Assembly (NCBI GenBank): GCA_964035545.1
Contig: OZ037770.1
Span: forward strand, 10,484,973 to 10,548,972
Source of the DNA: Bugula neritina
Lineage: Eukaryota; Animalia; Bryozoa
Direction of reading: 5' to 3'
DNA length: 64,000 nt
Translations under genes and position numbers: made by a program
Notes under the pieces: generated by a model
The model's input: the letters and a program-made list of their open reading frames with translations, nothing else
Database searches by the model: none
Told to the model about the DNA's origin: nothing
Shown: positions 1 through 13,374 of the stretch, piece after piece
Position numbering within the stretch: the stretch's first letter is position 1
How the letters are laid out: every line of letters begins with the position of its first letter

Positions 1-247
1 ACTGGTTACTGGTGAAGTGTAGAAGCTAACTGTTGTTGCAGCAACTGGTAAATTGAGTTGCAACAGCAGCAACATCACATAACCCAAGTTGTAATGCTGC
101 TATACTTATGCTCTCTGAAGGGTGATTTTTAGTTTCAGCAACTATATTATTTAATGTAAAATATCAGCAGTGACAGAAAGATGTCAAGTATATATTGGTT
201 ATTGTGTATCTGTCTAGCAACTGTTCATATGTGGTCACATGTTACAG

Positions 248-2014
248 GTGGATCTGGTTGAAGGATTTGCAGAGATTAAAGAGAGAATACAGAGACTGAT
301 ATCTGTTGAGATACCTAAACTAGAGTTGTGTGATGTCATGTCTCTAGAGGTCAAAGGTTAGTATACTAGACTAGAGCTGTTTGATGTCATGTCTCTAAAG
401 GTCAAAGGTTAGTATACCAAACTAGAACTGTGTGATGACATGTCTATAAAAGTTAAAAGTTATAACTCTACAACCAAGCAAGTCAATCTTCCCTGACAAG
501 ATTTCAATTCCTAATCTGTTGTATTGGTATTTCAATGCAGGTATAAGATAGATACAAACCTCATATACATAGACCAGAATATCGCCACCTTAGCTATTAT
601 AGTAAATTATGGAAATAGCTAGGAGGAAGTATTACATTAAATATGTATATAATGATAAGAATAGTTCCTACAGTCTCCCTTACTAACTCTCACATAACTT
701 GTACTTTGTAGAAGAGAAGAGAGAAATAGAGGCAGAACTGGTTCCTGCAGCAGACATGATTATTAGTTTAGATCAAGGAGTGACAACTCTCACTCTTCCT
801 AAATCTCTCAAACTCCTACAGTCTGTTGATGTTTCTAATGGCTGTAGGTCTGCTTGTAAATATGAGGGCAACACTTATGTAGGGCTGGAAAATGATGCAG
901 GGATAGACAGAATAGATGAGAGTTTCAGTGTTTCTAAGTCTTTTGTTTCTGTTACTAAGAATGTAAATGGAGTAGCAGCTTGTACTAACCAGTTGTATGC
1001 TTTAGTTTTTGTCAGTGATCGCAATCCTTCTTGGGTGGTGAATGTGTATGATCTTACTGGGAAACAGGTGACCAGCTGGTCGCATCATGATAATAGTGGT
1101 GGTGTAAACAAACTTGCTATTGTTGATGACCAGGTTGTAGTTCCTGATAGACACAGTAAAAGACTTACAATCTACTCTTTTACTGGGGAGGTAATTAAAC
1201 ATGTCCCCTGCCCTCTACTCAGTAATAGTCGTACAGCAATATGTGCAGCAGACAGACATTGTGTAGTAGTTTCTGACTCTGGTTCCTCTCAAGTATTTAA
1301 ATTAGACTTGACAACAGAGAAAGTCATCTGGACATGCAAGGATGTATATAAACCACGAGGTGTGACCTGCTATAGAAGTAAATATATTCTTGTGAGTAAC
1401 TACAGCAGTAAAACCACCATCTGGATACTGGATGTGGAGACAGGTTAGTGATTCCAGTATTGTAATGTATGTGTGCAAAATAGAATATATTTAACATGGA
1501 AACTTTGCTTCATATACGCTACATAATACTGTATGATAATACATTAAATTGTATACTCAAACCACAATCAGTGGATGGGCTGTTGGTAAGCCATTCAATA
1601 ATAAAATTCACAGCTCTACTGTATGTAATGGCGTTTATAATATAAATATATAGCTACATTTACCTTCCATTTAGGTTGTACACTATTTACACATTTGCTG
1701 TACAGTGCACTTTACAAATTGATAAGTATATTGTTAGGAAGTTGCTATTATAGGCCCATTGACTATATTTATTGAAACACATGACTAAAATATATTAAAA
1801 CAATATGCAGTCACAAAGGTTTCTCCCCAGTGTCAGGATACATATTATATTCAAGCTATATTGAACTTGTTATATTGTAGGTAGACAGTTATCTATGCTA
1901 GAAGATACAACTGTTAGGAGTGAGAGTAGTGTACTTGATCTCCATGTGTATGAAGACATGCTGATTGTACCCAGATGTCAAGAGAAGAAAGTTCTATTCT
2001 ACCAACTCAACTGA
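248..2014 (+). CDS. TRIM-like protein copy 1, 3' part (end of coiled coil plus beta-propeller/NHL-like domain); exons 248-356, 712-1443, 1881-2014; 5' exons lie outside the window
   Basis: GT-AG junctions keep phase (1,1) and give one frame ending ...KVLFYQLN*. TACTAAC branch site at 681-687. Collinear with the last three exons of complete copy 2 (26879-29247). Confidence 0.85.
311..463 (+). repeat. Three ~51-bp tandem units spanning the exon donor site
   Basis: ATAC..ACTAGAG.TGT.TGATGTCATGTCTCTA.AGGTCAAAGGTTAGT occurs three times (third degenerate); copy 2 has only two units (26942-27045). Confidence 0.85.
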
Positions 2015-4529
2015 ACAGGTATTATGTATATAGTAGGAGTTATGTCTCTTTCATGAACTTTTGTCTCGTATGAAATTTTGGTAGCCAACCTGCACCCTAC
2101 CTGTGATTTGTCTACTAGTGTATGTCAAGAAAGGACAACTACATCAGTTTCTGTATCCTGAAGTCTGCGTTCAAAGTTCAAACTCACCTGACAAGCAGGA
2201 ATATGTGCCAATGTTGGAAAAACCCAAATACTGATAACATAGACTGTTTCTGATCCAATAGAATCTGTTAATTCATATACTGTGACATCACACAGCAGAA
2301 ATAGTTCAAACTTTTTTCTGCTTGCAATGCTATCCAATTCAACTTACTTGTTTGTTATGTATGCTTATCTCGACAAACTCAGGAAAGTTATTTGCCCAAT
2401 CAAAACATCGCCTTCTCTATATAGCATAAATTTTGTTGTTTGTTTCTTGCAGCACCTCGTCACCAAAATTAATTTTTCTGTAATAGCCAAATAATTGTGT
2501 TCAAGCTTTGAGCTGTATTTTCTCCTTTACATCCAGTTGGATTCGTGAGTCAATAACATAGTGCCTAATTACATAGCTGCGTGAGCGTGAGTACAAGATA
2601 ACTTACTTCTATTCCGCAAGCTTCCACTTTATATTACTAGTTGCAATATCTCATAGGCAACTAATAGCCGTGGTACAATATTCTACTTTTTAGAATAATA
2701 TTTAGTAATCTAAAAGTGTCTTCATACTTCTTTGATCCTTTATCTATTATTGGCAATGTTTCACAGGTGGTTAATTGTCAAAATACTATAATTGTTCTTC
2801 ATCTGGTGCTGTTTTAATTTATTACAGAAAATAGACTGATGTGGAACAGGAAGTAGTTTCTGCAGCAGACACATCTAGTTATTTGGTTTAGAAAGTGACA
2901 AGTGAAAAGGCAGCTGATTGGTCCATTCATCTGACCTAGTAACACTCTATGGTTACATTACCATGTCATTCATATGATACTTATTGTAACATTATTCTAT
3001 ATTATCTATCATACAGGGCTGAGAACTGAGTAGTAGCAGTTATTGTATATTATCTTTCTTATAGGAGTGAAAACTCTGTAGCACATGATTTCTATTACTA
3101 TTATCATGAGTCATATTGTATTAATATTAACCACATACTAGTTACATTACGTAATTTATGCTCTTCAAAACATATTTGGCTTAGAGCTTCTGTACTTATG
3201 AAATATTTTTTTGTAAAAGATGTGCTGAAGTGAAGGCTTATTCATACTGTAAACTAAAGTGGAAGCTTTCACAGTGTAGAGTATTAGAGATGTTATATTC
3301 TTAGTTCTGACTTGATAGAAGTCAGTCTCTGTATCACCTTACTGCACTGTCTTTATTTTACTCATTGGTGCACCTTGCATATGTCAACTGAGTATTAAAT
3401 ATATTCAACAGTTCAACAGAGCTAATAGACCAAATAAATTCTTTACACTGTATCACAGTTATGATGTAGTATTTTATATCTACAGCGCAACAAGGCATAT
3501 ATTGATGGTAGTGCTTACTTATTACTCTCTACATAGTAACAGTAGAAGCGTAAATTTCAAATCTCACTGATGGCATATATCAATTAAACAGCATATTATA
3601 ATTATTGGAAACTTACAATATGTAATATTGTCTTAGTAATATTATGTACATCAAAGTGTGGTACACTGACTTATATACATTCAAGGGGCATGTTATATTC
3701 CCTAGCATGTCATCAGTAAACAAAATATTATAAACATTATGAAGGCTTACTGCTGAGACTACCAATTGGCATAATATAATAAATAAATTTGCTGCCTCTA
3801 ATATGCACTCAGTTTATCATAATGGAAGGACAACTCTAATCTACCACAAACAGCCATGGAAAACTTACGTAATTACACTGCTTGCAGTTCGTGTATATTT
3901 TTCTATTAAATGCGAGTATTACTCAGTTATTCAATGACTAGTATTTGGCAATGCACTGTTGCTATTCTTTCATATGATAGAGAAAGCATTAGCCAATTGA
4001 AATCATCATACCATTCCTACTGAGGAGGGGCGTGACTACAATTACAGTTTGCATTCTAGTAGTAGGTAATGCACTGTTGCCTTACAATCATATAGAAAGC
4101 ATTAGCCAATAGGAATCATTACATTCTGACTGACAAGGGGCGTGGTTACAAGAAACAATAATTCAAGTTGGCATAAATTATTCAAAGTTTATTTACAGGC
4201 TACAGGTAAAATATTACTGTTTCATAATGAATAGATACACTATGAAGTAGAACCTAAAGTACAGCATTATACAGAATCATTAAAACATGATGAGTAGAAT
4301 TATAACTTACTCACCTTACTGGAAAATATACACAATAGTTGAGTATGTGAATTACTGGTTGTATAATAGTGAAGCAGCTATACATTATAAGATATTATAA
4401 AATATTTACTGTATAAACATAATGTCACATGTATTCATTATGTAACACATGTTTCTAATGTATAAGAAATACATAATTAGAGAGACAGAAAAATATAAAA
4501 ACAGTATAAAATGCAGTTTAGAAGTCAGT

Positions 4530-4960
4530 GGACAATGCTATGTAACACAGAGTAAGCCTTTGAGCTCTAGAAGTAAGAGATATTATTGTTGTCAGGTCGA
4601 GGTCAAATGACTCAAACAGGATTATGTTTAAATTAGCTGTAAACAAATAAAGATACATACAATATTAGGTTAGACAGAGAAAATGATGGTTGATGTATAT
4701 TATGTGTGTGAATTGTACTTTTCAAAATGCCTGCTACCAACATGTTGAAGTATAGTGAGTTGGTTGAAGCAGAAACATACGGCAAGTGTGAAAAAACAGA
4801 AAGACAATTAAAGGATAGAAGGGAGTTTTTGCATAAAACACACCCAGATGTAGGAAAATATCATAGCCTCAGTACCTGTACAACCACTTGTCAAGGAGAG
4901 GGCGACTCCTACTCTGATGTATATATGTGGCCATTTTGTTGAGGAGCTCAACTCTATCTT
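4530..4960 (-). pseudogene. Relic of the last three exportin-4 exons carried in the duplicated unit
   Basis: 4530-4572 matches 37900-37945 (LELKGLLCVT*), 4577-4650 matches 39215-39290, and 4860-4950 matches 39439-39540, with deletions between the pieces. Confidence 0.8.
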
Positions 4961-5047
4961 TATCATCTCAGTACTTACAATGTTATTAAGATTTACAGTA
5001 AAGTATATATTTCATATTTCACCAGCTAGGTCCTTTATGTTCTAGTA

Positions 5048-6737
5048 CAGGGCTGTCCAACAGGCGGGCCCGCGGGCCGGATCCGGCCCCCCAGCTATAT
5101 TTGTGTGGCCCCCCCAAGGTATAGCAAGTTACAAATTTTTGTTTATCAAATTTGCTAACTAGCCTGAAACAGCAGCACATAGGATAGTTGAGAGCATCCC
5201 ACTAAGAATTGCTATTAAAATGTAGTTTAAGTTCTTCTACAATATTGTTCTATGGGTGGCATGCGTGTTGCCTACTTGTCATTGTTTAGCCTGAGATCAC
5301 ACTACAACCAATAACAGCAAGCTAGTCATTATAGTTTGTTAGCTAGCAAGCCTGCGACTTATAGTAATGTAGACCCCTATATTATATGCTCATCTCTACG
5401 CGTTCACTGAAGCATGAAGTGATGCACAGCGCTTACTACTTAAAAAGAAATATACCATTTCCAGTGCATAAATCCACAATTTATATAAAATCTAAGTCAT
5501 TGCTTTTTTATTCAGATATCATGTTTTCCTGCTAAGATATTTTATTGGTACTAAAAATATCAACTTTTGAGGCAAAATTAGCCAAAAGTGTGCTGTTTTT
5601 TTCTATAACTTTGCAAAAGAATAAAAAAATTCCAAAAAAGTTGCACTGGGAAATAATAAGATTCACAACATAGTTTTTAAATTTTAATTCTAGTAGCCTT
5701 CAATCAAATGAGATTGCTTTTACTGGTACTGAATTTTTACACAGTTACAATGCAAACCTCAGCAAGGCAGTTGCAGCTAAAAAGTTACCTGTAACTATCC
5801 TGTGCAGACAGATATTTTAAAGACATTTAATCAGGACTGGCCATATAGAGACAAGACTTTTTGAAAGTATAACTAAGATCTCATTTTTATTGATTGTATT
5901 GTGAAAGATAAGTAATTGAAGAATCCCTGACACACTTCACTTATGCAGTACTAAAATATTTTTGTGTATATGTTTGTTTTCATTTACATACCGATTTAAG
6001 GTTAGATGCCTAAACAATTTTGTTTTATAATGAATTTTGCGCGGGTATGTACTGAAATTTAGGATTTGTAATTGCCTTGACCTTTGACTGTTTGTTAGAT
6101 GCTGCACTGCACAGCATTATCACTGAGATGGAAGGTTTGAACTTTGAACTTTCAATTTTCAGTCAAATGAAATACACAAAAATAGATACTACACTTCACT
6201 CACTAATCAGCACTTAGTCCAGCAACTAAGGGTTGCATGTTCTGATACAAAACTAGATATTAACAGAATTGTTCTGGGCAAACAGTACTCACTGTGTACT
6301 CACAAGTGTCTCACTGATGGGTACAGAGGTATGAGTGCAGACTCTTAGCACTGGTGCATCTTGTTTAAATTTGCATGTGCAATCATGAATATATACTTTG
6401 TATGTATATATGTATAATTTGTTATGCACAAGCATTAATGCATATATATAATTTTTGATTATTAAAGTAATAAAAATGAAATCGCTCTTCTTACCTATTT
6501 TATTTAAATGCATATATACGCACATACACATATAAGTAATATATATCTATTCAAATATGTTATGATTTCAATAAACATGCAAAGCCTAGCCCTCGCTTAT
6601 AATTATAATACATATAGCCTGCAGATGTTTAATGAATCTTGAAAATTGATTCTAAAAACAGAAAAAAAAATTGTGGCCCTCGGCCCAAGCTGAAACTTGC
6701 AGACTGGCCCTCGGTCTGAAAAGGTTGGACACCCCTG
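5048..6737. mobile_element. Non-autonomous hAT (Charlie-like) DNA transposon, 1690 bp
   Basis: TIRs CAGGGCTGTCCAAC / GTTGGACACCCCTG (13/14). 8-bp TSD TTCTAGTA at 5040-5047 and 6738-6745. Subterminal GGCCC repeats. Empty site at 32240-32247. No transposase ORF. Confidence 0.93.
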
Positions 6738-8086
6738 TTCTAGTACAATGTTTCTCTATAATATGTCACTTTATATTACTCATTGTAATTCATATGCTAA
6801 TGAAGTAAATATAAATAAAGTATAATTAATAAACTCTTACAATTCAGAGCATGTATATCAAATGACAATAGATCTTCTGTAGTCCTGGGGAAGTAGACTG
6901 TTGCATCAGAACTGAATAACTAAATATATATATATAATTATTTTCTCATCATGCTGCAGTATAGACATTCTTCAGCTCTGATATTTCCTAACTATAGAGT
7001 TATATTTATAGTTGATAGTCAACTGCGCATATTTTTAGGTCGAAATACCAGATTTGTGTAAAAGCTAGTATATATATGATTTTTAAGTTTTAACCCTATA
7101 AACATAACAACATATGGTTTCAAACTATTTAATGTGGTGGAGAAATATATAATATAATGTGATAATCTTTCATGTCATGCTGAGGTATATAACATGTGAT
7201 GAGACGGCCAAGCCTTTAAATCATTCCACATTTGTTGTGCTTGTTATGCATTATAAAACAGTAGAATTGTACAGAGGTTGTTCACTATTTGCTGTTAGTA
7301 GTTAAAGAAACTGTTTTGCGAAGTTAATGATTTTTGCAAGCCAGTCATTTGTTCCTGTCATCTATTGCAGTTTTCAAGACTAATTACAGTCGCTAGAATT
7401 TTATAAGCATATTTAGAAAAATGTGGTATTCATTTTAATTCGAAATAATATAATAATTTGGTATAATAAATGTCTAATGATGTGTCAGAACGCTATATAG
7501 GCCTACAGGCTACAGCTGTTTGCATATAATGATAAATTATTATTTTGTAAGGAACAAACACTGAGCTGGAATATTATTGAGTTCATTGGGAACAAGCATG
7601 TCAACAAGAGCAAAGTGTAGAAGTAAGACAACCCCGTGCTTTCGTCGCAGTGTGGTATATTTAAGAGTGTTGCCATTAGCAAATCTTACGGAATCACATG
7701 GGCGCCATTATGCCGAGATTGGTACCGCGAGTTTATATAAGTTATAAAGGAAAAATTTTGCCACTTTTGTTATTTTATTTTTTTTCTATTTTATGTGTAC
7801 ATTTTTTTTAATTTTTTTATTGGTAAAGTTTTTAAACACATTTTTAATGCACATAAAATTAAAAGAAAAATTAAAACTCAATCATGCACATAAATACAAA
7901 GCTATAAAGTTAAAGCTTCGCTGTGATTTTAATGTGAATATGAATTGAATAATGCTTGCAATAACCATTATACACAAAATACGTTACAGTTGCTATAAAT
8001 GTAAGACTAGTTAATTGGATGCAAATAGGCACGGTAATACTACTTAATTTATGCTATTTTTGAATTTTGTATTAAATATTTGGCAC

Positions 8087-8087
<1 letters not shown>

Positions 8088-8145
<58 letters not shown>

Positions 8146-8813
8146 TTATATATATATATATAATATTATTATATATATATATAATATATAATATTATTAT
8201 ATGTATATATATATATATTATATATAATATCATTATATATATATAATGTATATAATATAATATATAATATAATAATATATTATATATGATATTATTATAT
8301 ATATAATATAATATATAATATAATAATATATTATATATATTATATATGATATTATTATATATATAATATATATATAATATAATATATAATATAATATTAT
8401 AATATATGTATATATATTATATATGATATTATTATATATATATAATATATAATATATTAATGTATAATATATTATTATAATATATATATATATATATATC
8501 ATATATAATATAATATATAATATAATAATATGTTATATATGATATTATATATATATAATATAATATATAATATAATAATATATAATATATTATTAAAATA
8601 TATATATATATTATTATAATATATATATATATTATATATAATATTATTATACTTGTATAATATATATATATATAATGTAATATAATATATAATATATAAT
8701 AATATAAAATATATTATTATAATATATATATATATTATAAATAATATAATATAATAATATATTTCATATGATATTATATATATATAATATATATATAATA
8801 TAATATATAATAT
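8088..8813. repeat. (TA)n / A+T-only low-complexity core, part 1 (continues at 13570-14086 and 21279-21585, where ~80-bp units repeat)
   Basis: Directly visible; split by two LTR elements, each flanked by a TSD. Confidence 0.95.
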
Positions 8814-9008
8814 TGTTTATGTTATGTTTGCTTTATAGATTCAGAGACTGGTCAAAGAGTTTAAGATAGTTTATTGCTCAAGATATTAAAGGTCCACTCT
8901 GGATAGATCTAAAAGCACAAACTGACTATTATTAATAACACGAATAACATAGTATAAAGTATAAGCCTTTACAAACAAAGACAAAGCTTATTCAGCATAT
9001 CATCAACA
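8814..9008 (-). repeat. 3' LTR of the minus-strand Gypsy; PPT (minus strand AAAGGGGA) adjacent at 9009-9016
   Basis: Direct repeat of 13375-13569. Confidence 0.95.
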
Positions 9009-9280
9009 TCCCCTTTACAAATCTTTGACAATATTGAACAAACAAACGAAAAAAAAACTAAACAAAAATTAAGAATTGATACATGAACAAGTAATACGAT
9101 TTTGTTATTAATAGTCTATAGCAGATTAGCATATTATTACAAGATTGTCTCCCTTGTTAATTTAAAGTACATTATATTATTTTCTGGGTTCGGGCTATTT
9201 AAATCTGAGTTTTTTTTTTTTTTTTTTTTTTTTCAAGAGTTTATTGTCCGATTGCCTTCGGTCAGATTAGGTATAATTAT

Positions 9281-12200
9281 CTAGTATAGTTCGTATTGTT
9301 CATATTTAGCTGGGGTTTTTGTTTGTCTTGACCGTTGCCATCTAACTGGGGCTGGATCAGGGTTTGTATTCACTTCTGTAGGAATTGCTGTTGCGGCTGA
9401 TTGAATCTGTGCGTCTGGAACAGAATGACTGGATACTGGGTCATTGGCGTCTGTTGGTATTTCAACTGTAGTCAATGGCTGACTAGCTTCCACATCACTC
9501 AGAGGGCGCAAATCGGCCCTGTTTCGCCTCACAGCCATGTCTGTGTCTTTGTTTGAGACAAGGTATGATCGGTCCGACAGCTGTTCAACCACTCTGCCCT
9601 GCTGCCATCTAGTCTTTTGTGACACAAAGTCTCTCAGCAGCACTGGCGAGCCAATAGCCAACTTTGTCAAATCTTTAGCTGATTTATTGTAGCTGCTCTG
9701 TATCACTTTTCTCTTGTTAGCTTTTTGCTGTAAGACATTGTTATTTGGCATGTCACCTGTAGGAAGAATAGACCTCGTGGAATGCCCAAACATCCTCTGA
9801 GCTGGTGATGAGGTCATCCCTGCAGTCGGGGTATTTCGATACTCTAGCAGAGCCAAATATGGGTCTTCTGCTCTCTTCATCAGCCTTTTGATTATTTTAA
9901 CTGCTGCTTCTGCCTTTCCATTCGACTGCTGATGTCCCGGAGATGAGGTTGTATGGCTGAAACCCCATTCAGTGCTAAATCTAGCAAAGTCGGCCGAGGT
10001 GAATTGTGGTCCATTGTCTGATTGAAGCTGGTGAGGGATTCCATGCCTTGCGAAAGTTTTCTTGCAAGCCTTGATTACTGCTCTAGATTGTGTATCAGAT
10101 AAAGGTTCACATTCAAAGAAGTCAGAGTAATAATCTACCAGCATCAAATAATCCTTATGCTTATAGGTTAGTATGTCCATGCCTACTTTACTCCAAGGTA
10201 AGTCTGGTATGTCATGGTTTTGCAGAGACTCATGCTGTTGTAAAGGTGCATCCATTGCACATGTGACACACTTGTCAGTTTTCATTCGAATGTCCTCAGC
10301 CATTTGAGGCCAGAATACCGCATTGCGAGCTCTTCTGATAGTGGCAGCTGTTCCTTGATGGCTAGTGTGAAGCTTGTTGAGTATCTCACCTCTGGCAGCT
10401 ATGGGCACAACCAGTCTAGATCCTTTATAAATAATCCCATCTAGTACTGCAAGTTCCTCTTTGTATGAATAGTACGGCTTCACCTCTTCTGGAAGTTGAA
10501 ATAATTTGTTAGGCCATCCTGAGGTTATCAGAGATTGCAGCTGCACCATTACTGGATCATTACCCGTATGCTGTTGGATCAGTTTATAGGTCGCTTCTGA
10601 CACTGGCAGGTCTTGCTTCAGACCCGTTTCGCTTAGGTCAGACATAAATGACTTTAATTGATTAACTGTGAAAATCTGTTCTTTTGATGTATTGTTCTGG
10701 GGTTCACCAACAGGAGCGCGAGACAGCATGTCTGCTGTAACTTGTTCAGAACCAGGTTTGTAGTGCACTTTAATTTGGTATCTTTGCAGAGCTAATAGCA
10801 TTGATTGCAGGCGTTTAGGCGCTTTGTTCAGAGGCTTCTTAAATATTGTTTCTAAAGGGTGGTGATCCGTGTGTACAGTTACATCTGGGTTTCCAAAAAC
10901 GTACTGATCGTATTTCTGCATCCCATAGACGATGGCCAGAAGTTCTAGTTCAATAGGTGCGTAGTTTTTCTCACTATCTGTTAAACTTCTAGAGCCATAG
11001 CTTACTGGTTGCCCCTCTTGCAAAAGTACAGCTCCGAGCCCTTCTAGACTTGCATCAGTCTGTACAACTACTGGCTGGTTCATGTTGAAGTATTTGAGTG
11101 AAGAAGTTTTCGTGATAAGTTTTTTAATCTCATCAAACGCTCTCTTTTGATCTTGGCCCCAGACAAACTCTTCCTTGCTTACACCAATCAGCCGTCTTAG
11201 TGGTTCACATTCAGCAGAGCAGTGAGGTATGAACTTTGATAGGTAGTTCACATGACCAAGAAACCTCTGTATTTCTTCACTGTTGACAGGGGGCTTCATG
11301 TCCGTTATGGCTCGGATTTTATTAGGATCGGGCTTCACTCCATCTTTTGTTATCAAATGACCAATATAAGGTAGCTATTCTAGAAGAAACTTACATTTTT
11401 CTTTGTTTAGCTTGAGATTAACCCTACGCGCTCTGGCTAAAAGTTTTTCGAGCTTTTGGTTATGGTCTTGCACTGCTTCCGCTTGAGTAGCTCCTTTCCC
11501 ATAAATTAGGATGTCGTCTGCTACTACAGTTACTCCGTCGAGACCGCTAAGTGCATCTGAGAGTCTCCTCTGGAACTCTTCAGGACTTGAGGACAACCCA
11601 AAAGGCATCCTCAGCCATTTGTATTTTCCAAATGGCGTCCAGAATGTAGTTAAATCACTGGACTTTTTGCTGAGCTTTATCTGCAGAAAGCCGTCCTTGG
11701 CATCACACAATGAGAATACTCGAGCACCATCCAGCTCGCTAAGCACATCGTCCAGCGTCGGCATTGGAAAATGATTTCTTTGAATCACTTGGTTTAGGTT
11801 GCTTGGGTCTAAACATACTCTCAGTGTGCCATTGGGTTTTCTCACAGCCACATGATTGTTTATCCAAGCTGTTGGATAGTCTACTGGACTTAAGATACCT
11901 TTCTGGGTGTATGACTGCAATTTTTGTTTGAGATCAGCTACCATCGAGAGAGGCGTCTTTCTGTTGTGACTTTGTCTTGGGATAGCCTTATCATCTATTT
12001 CAATATGGTATTCCCCAGGTAAACATCCAATACCTTCAAAAACCTCTGGGTAACTTCCGAGAATGTCATCTAGGCTGGCATTGCTTATTAGGTTAACCCA
12101 CTCCTCTTTAATGGTTATCAAACCGAGCTGAAGAGCGGCCTCACCAGATAGAAGGCTGTGATTTTGTGTCTTGTGCACCAGAAAATACAGCTTCTCTCCA

Positions 12201-13264
12201 GCTACTTCCAGTTCGCATCCTCCTAATGCTCGAGTGATAGAACCATCAAACTGCTTTAGCCTTGTCTGGTTGTTGTCAAGCTTTGGCTTACCGAGATCAA
12301 CAAAATCTTTGTGATTGAGAATGTTACAGGATGCTCCTGTGTCAATCTGAAACTGTGTCGGTTTGTGACTATCATTCACACTGGCTCTTATAGTTGTCAT
12401 CAACTTTTTGTTCTTTCTGACTACCTGTATGCTCAACAACGATTCACTTGAGCCATCACTGTCTTCTTCTACCATGTTTACTTGCTTCTTTGAGCGACAT
12501 TGAGATCTCCAATGGTTGTACTTTTTGCAGTTATGACACTGGTGACCGTATGCAGGACACTTTCTGGGAGGGTGAGACTGCCCACAGTTGCCACAACTTC
12601 CTTTTGAGAAGTTTCCTGTTCGAGTGGACCTTACTGCATTATCATCATCATCTTTGCTTGGCTTATTAGGCTTCTTTCTGGAACCGATGAACTGCACTGA
12701 TTCTTCAGACTGGATTGCAGCCATGTCATTCCTTGAATTCTCAGCAATACGACATTTCTTTATAGCTTCTTCTAGTCCTAAGCCAGTATCCCCGCTGGCA
12801 TCATCAAATAGCTTCCTTCTTAGTTGGGCATCGTTGATACCCAGGAGTAAAGCTTGAAGCATGAAATCGTCATACATTGTGTCCAGTTGACACCCTCGAG
12901 CGATTTTGTGAAGCGAGGTGACATATTCATCAATGTTCATGGTATTCTGCTTGGTTGATAACAGTTGATGTCTTTTTACTACTTTATTAGTGCCTCGTTG
13001 ACAAAAAGCATCAAACTTCTCCACAACATCAGCATAGACTTCTTTTGATTTACCATCTGAGAAAGTGAATGTTTTGAATATGTCGTTGCCTCTGGGGCCT
13101 ATGCATCTTAACATAATGGCTACTTTGACTTTATCATCAGAATTTGCTTTCTCAGCTGCTGTGAGGAATAGCTCAAATTCTTCTTTAAATCTCATCCACT
13201 GGTTGGACAAGTCAGAGCCATCTTGAATAGGCTTGGGGGCTAAAAAGTCAACACTGATACTCAT
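9281..13264 (-). pseudogene. Single-frame gag-pol polyprotein interrupted by one in-frame TAG (11375-11377)
   Basis: Zn knuckles CGNCGQSH..C / CHNCKKYNHWRSQC, protease IDTGAS, RT VVADD, RNase H QTDAS, integrase HTSH..CVTC and D-D-E (GMD, SDNG, KAE). ORFs 11375-13264 and 9281-11356 share a frame. Confidence 0.9.
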
Positions 13265-13357
13265 CTTGATATTGTGATTTTTTGTTGTTTTTTGATTTAG
13301 TTGTATTGTTTATTGTCTCTCTTTCCAGCAAACACTTTACTTTTAGTTTCTTTAAGT

Positions 13358-13374
13358 CCTCACTCGGGGCACCA
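13358..13374 (-). promoter_or_regulatory. Primer binding site complementary to elongator tRNA-Met
   Basis: Minus strand TGGTGCCCCGAGTGAGG directly after the 5' LTR; resembles the complement of the tRNA-Met 3' end CCTCACACGGGGCACCA (one mismatch, from memory). Confidence 0.75.

Noticed and set aside
8233-8502. Y/I-rich ORF (also 21415-21624)
   Set aside because: Artefact of translating (TA)n sequence.
9210-9233. Poly-T tract as a retrocopy tail
   Set aside because: It lies in the Gypsy 3' UTR with no TSD or inserted body.
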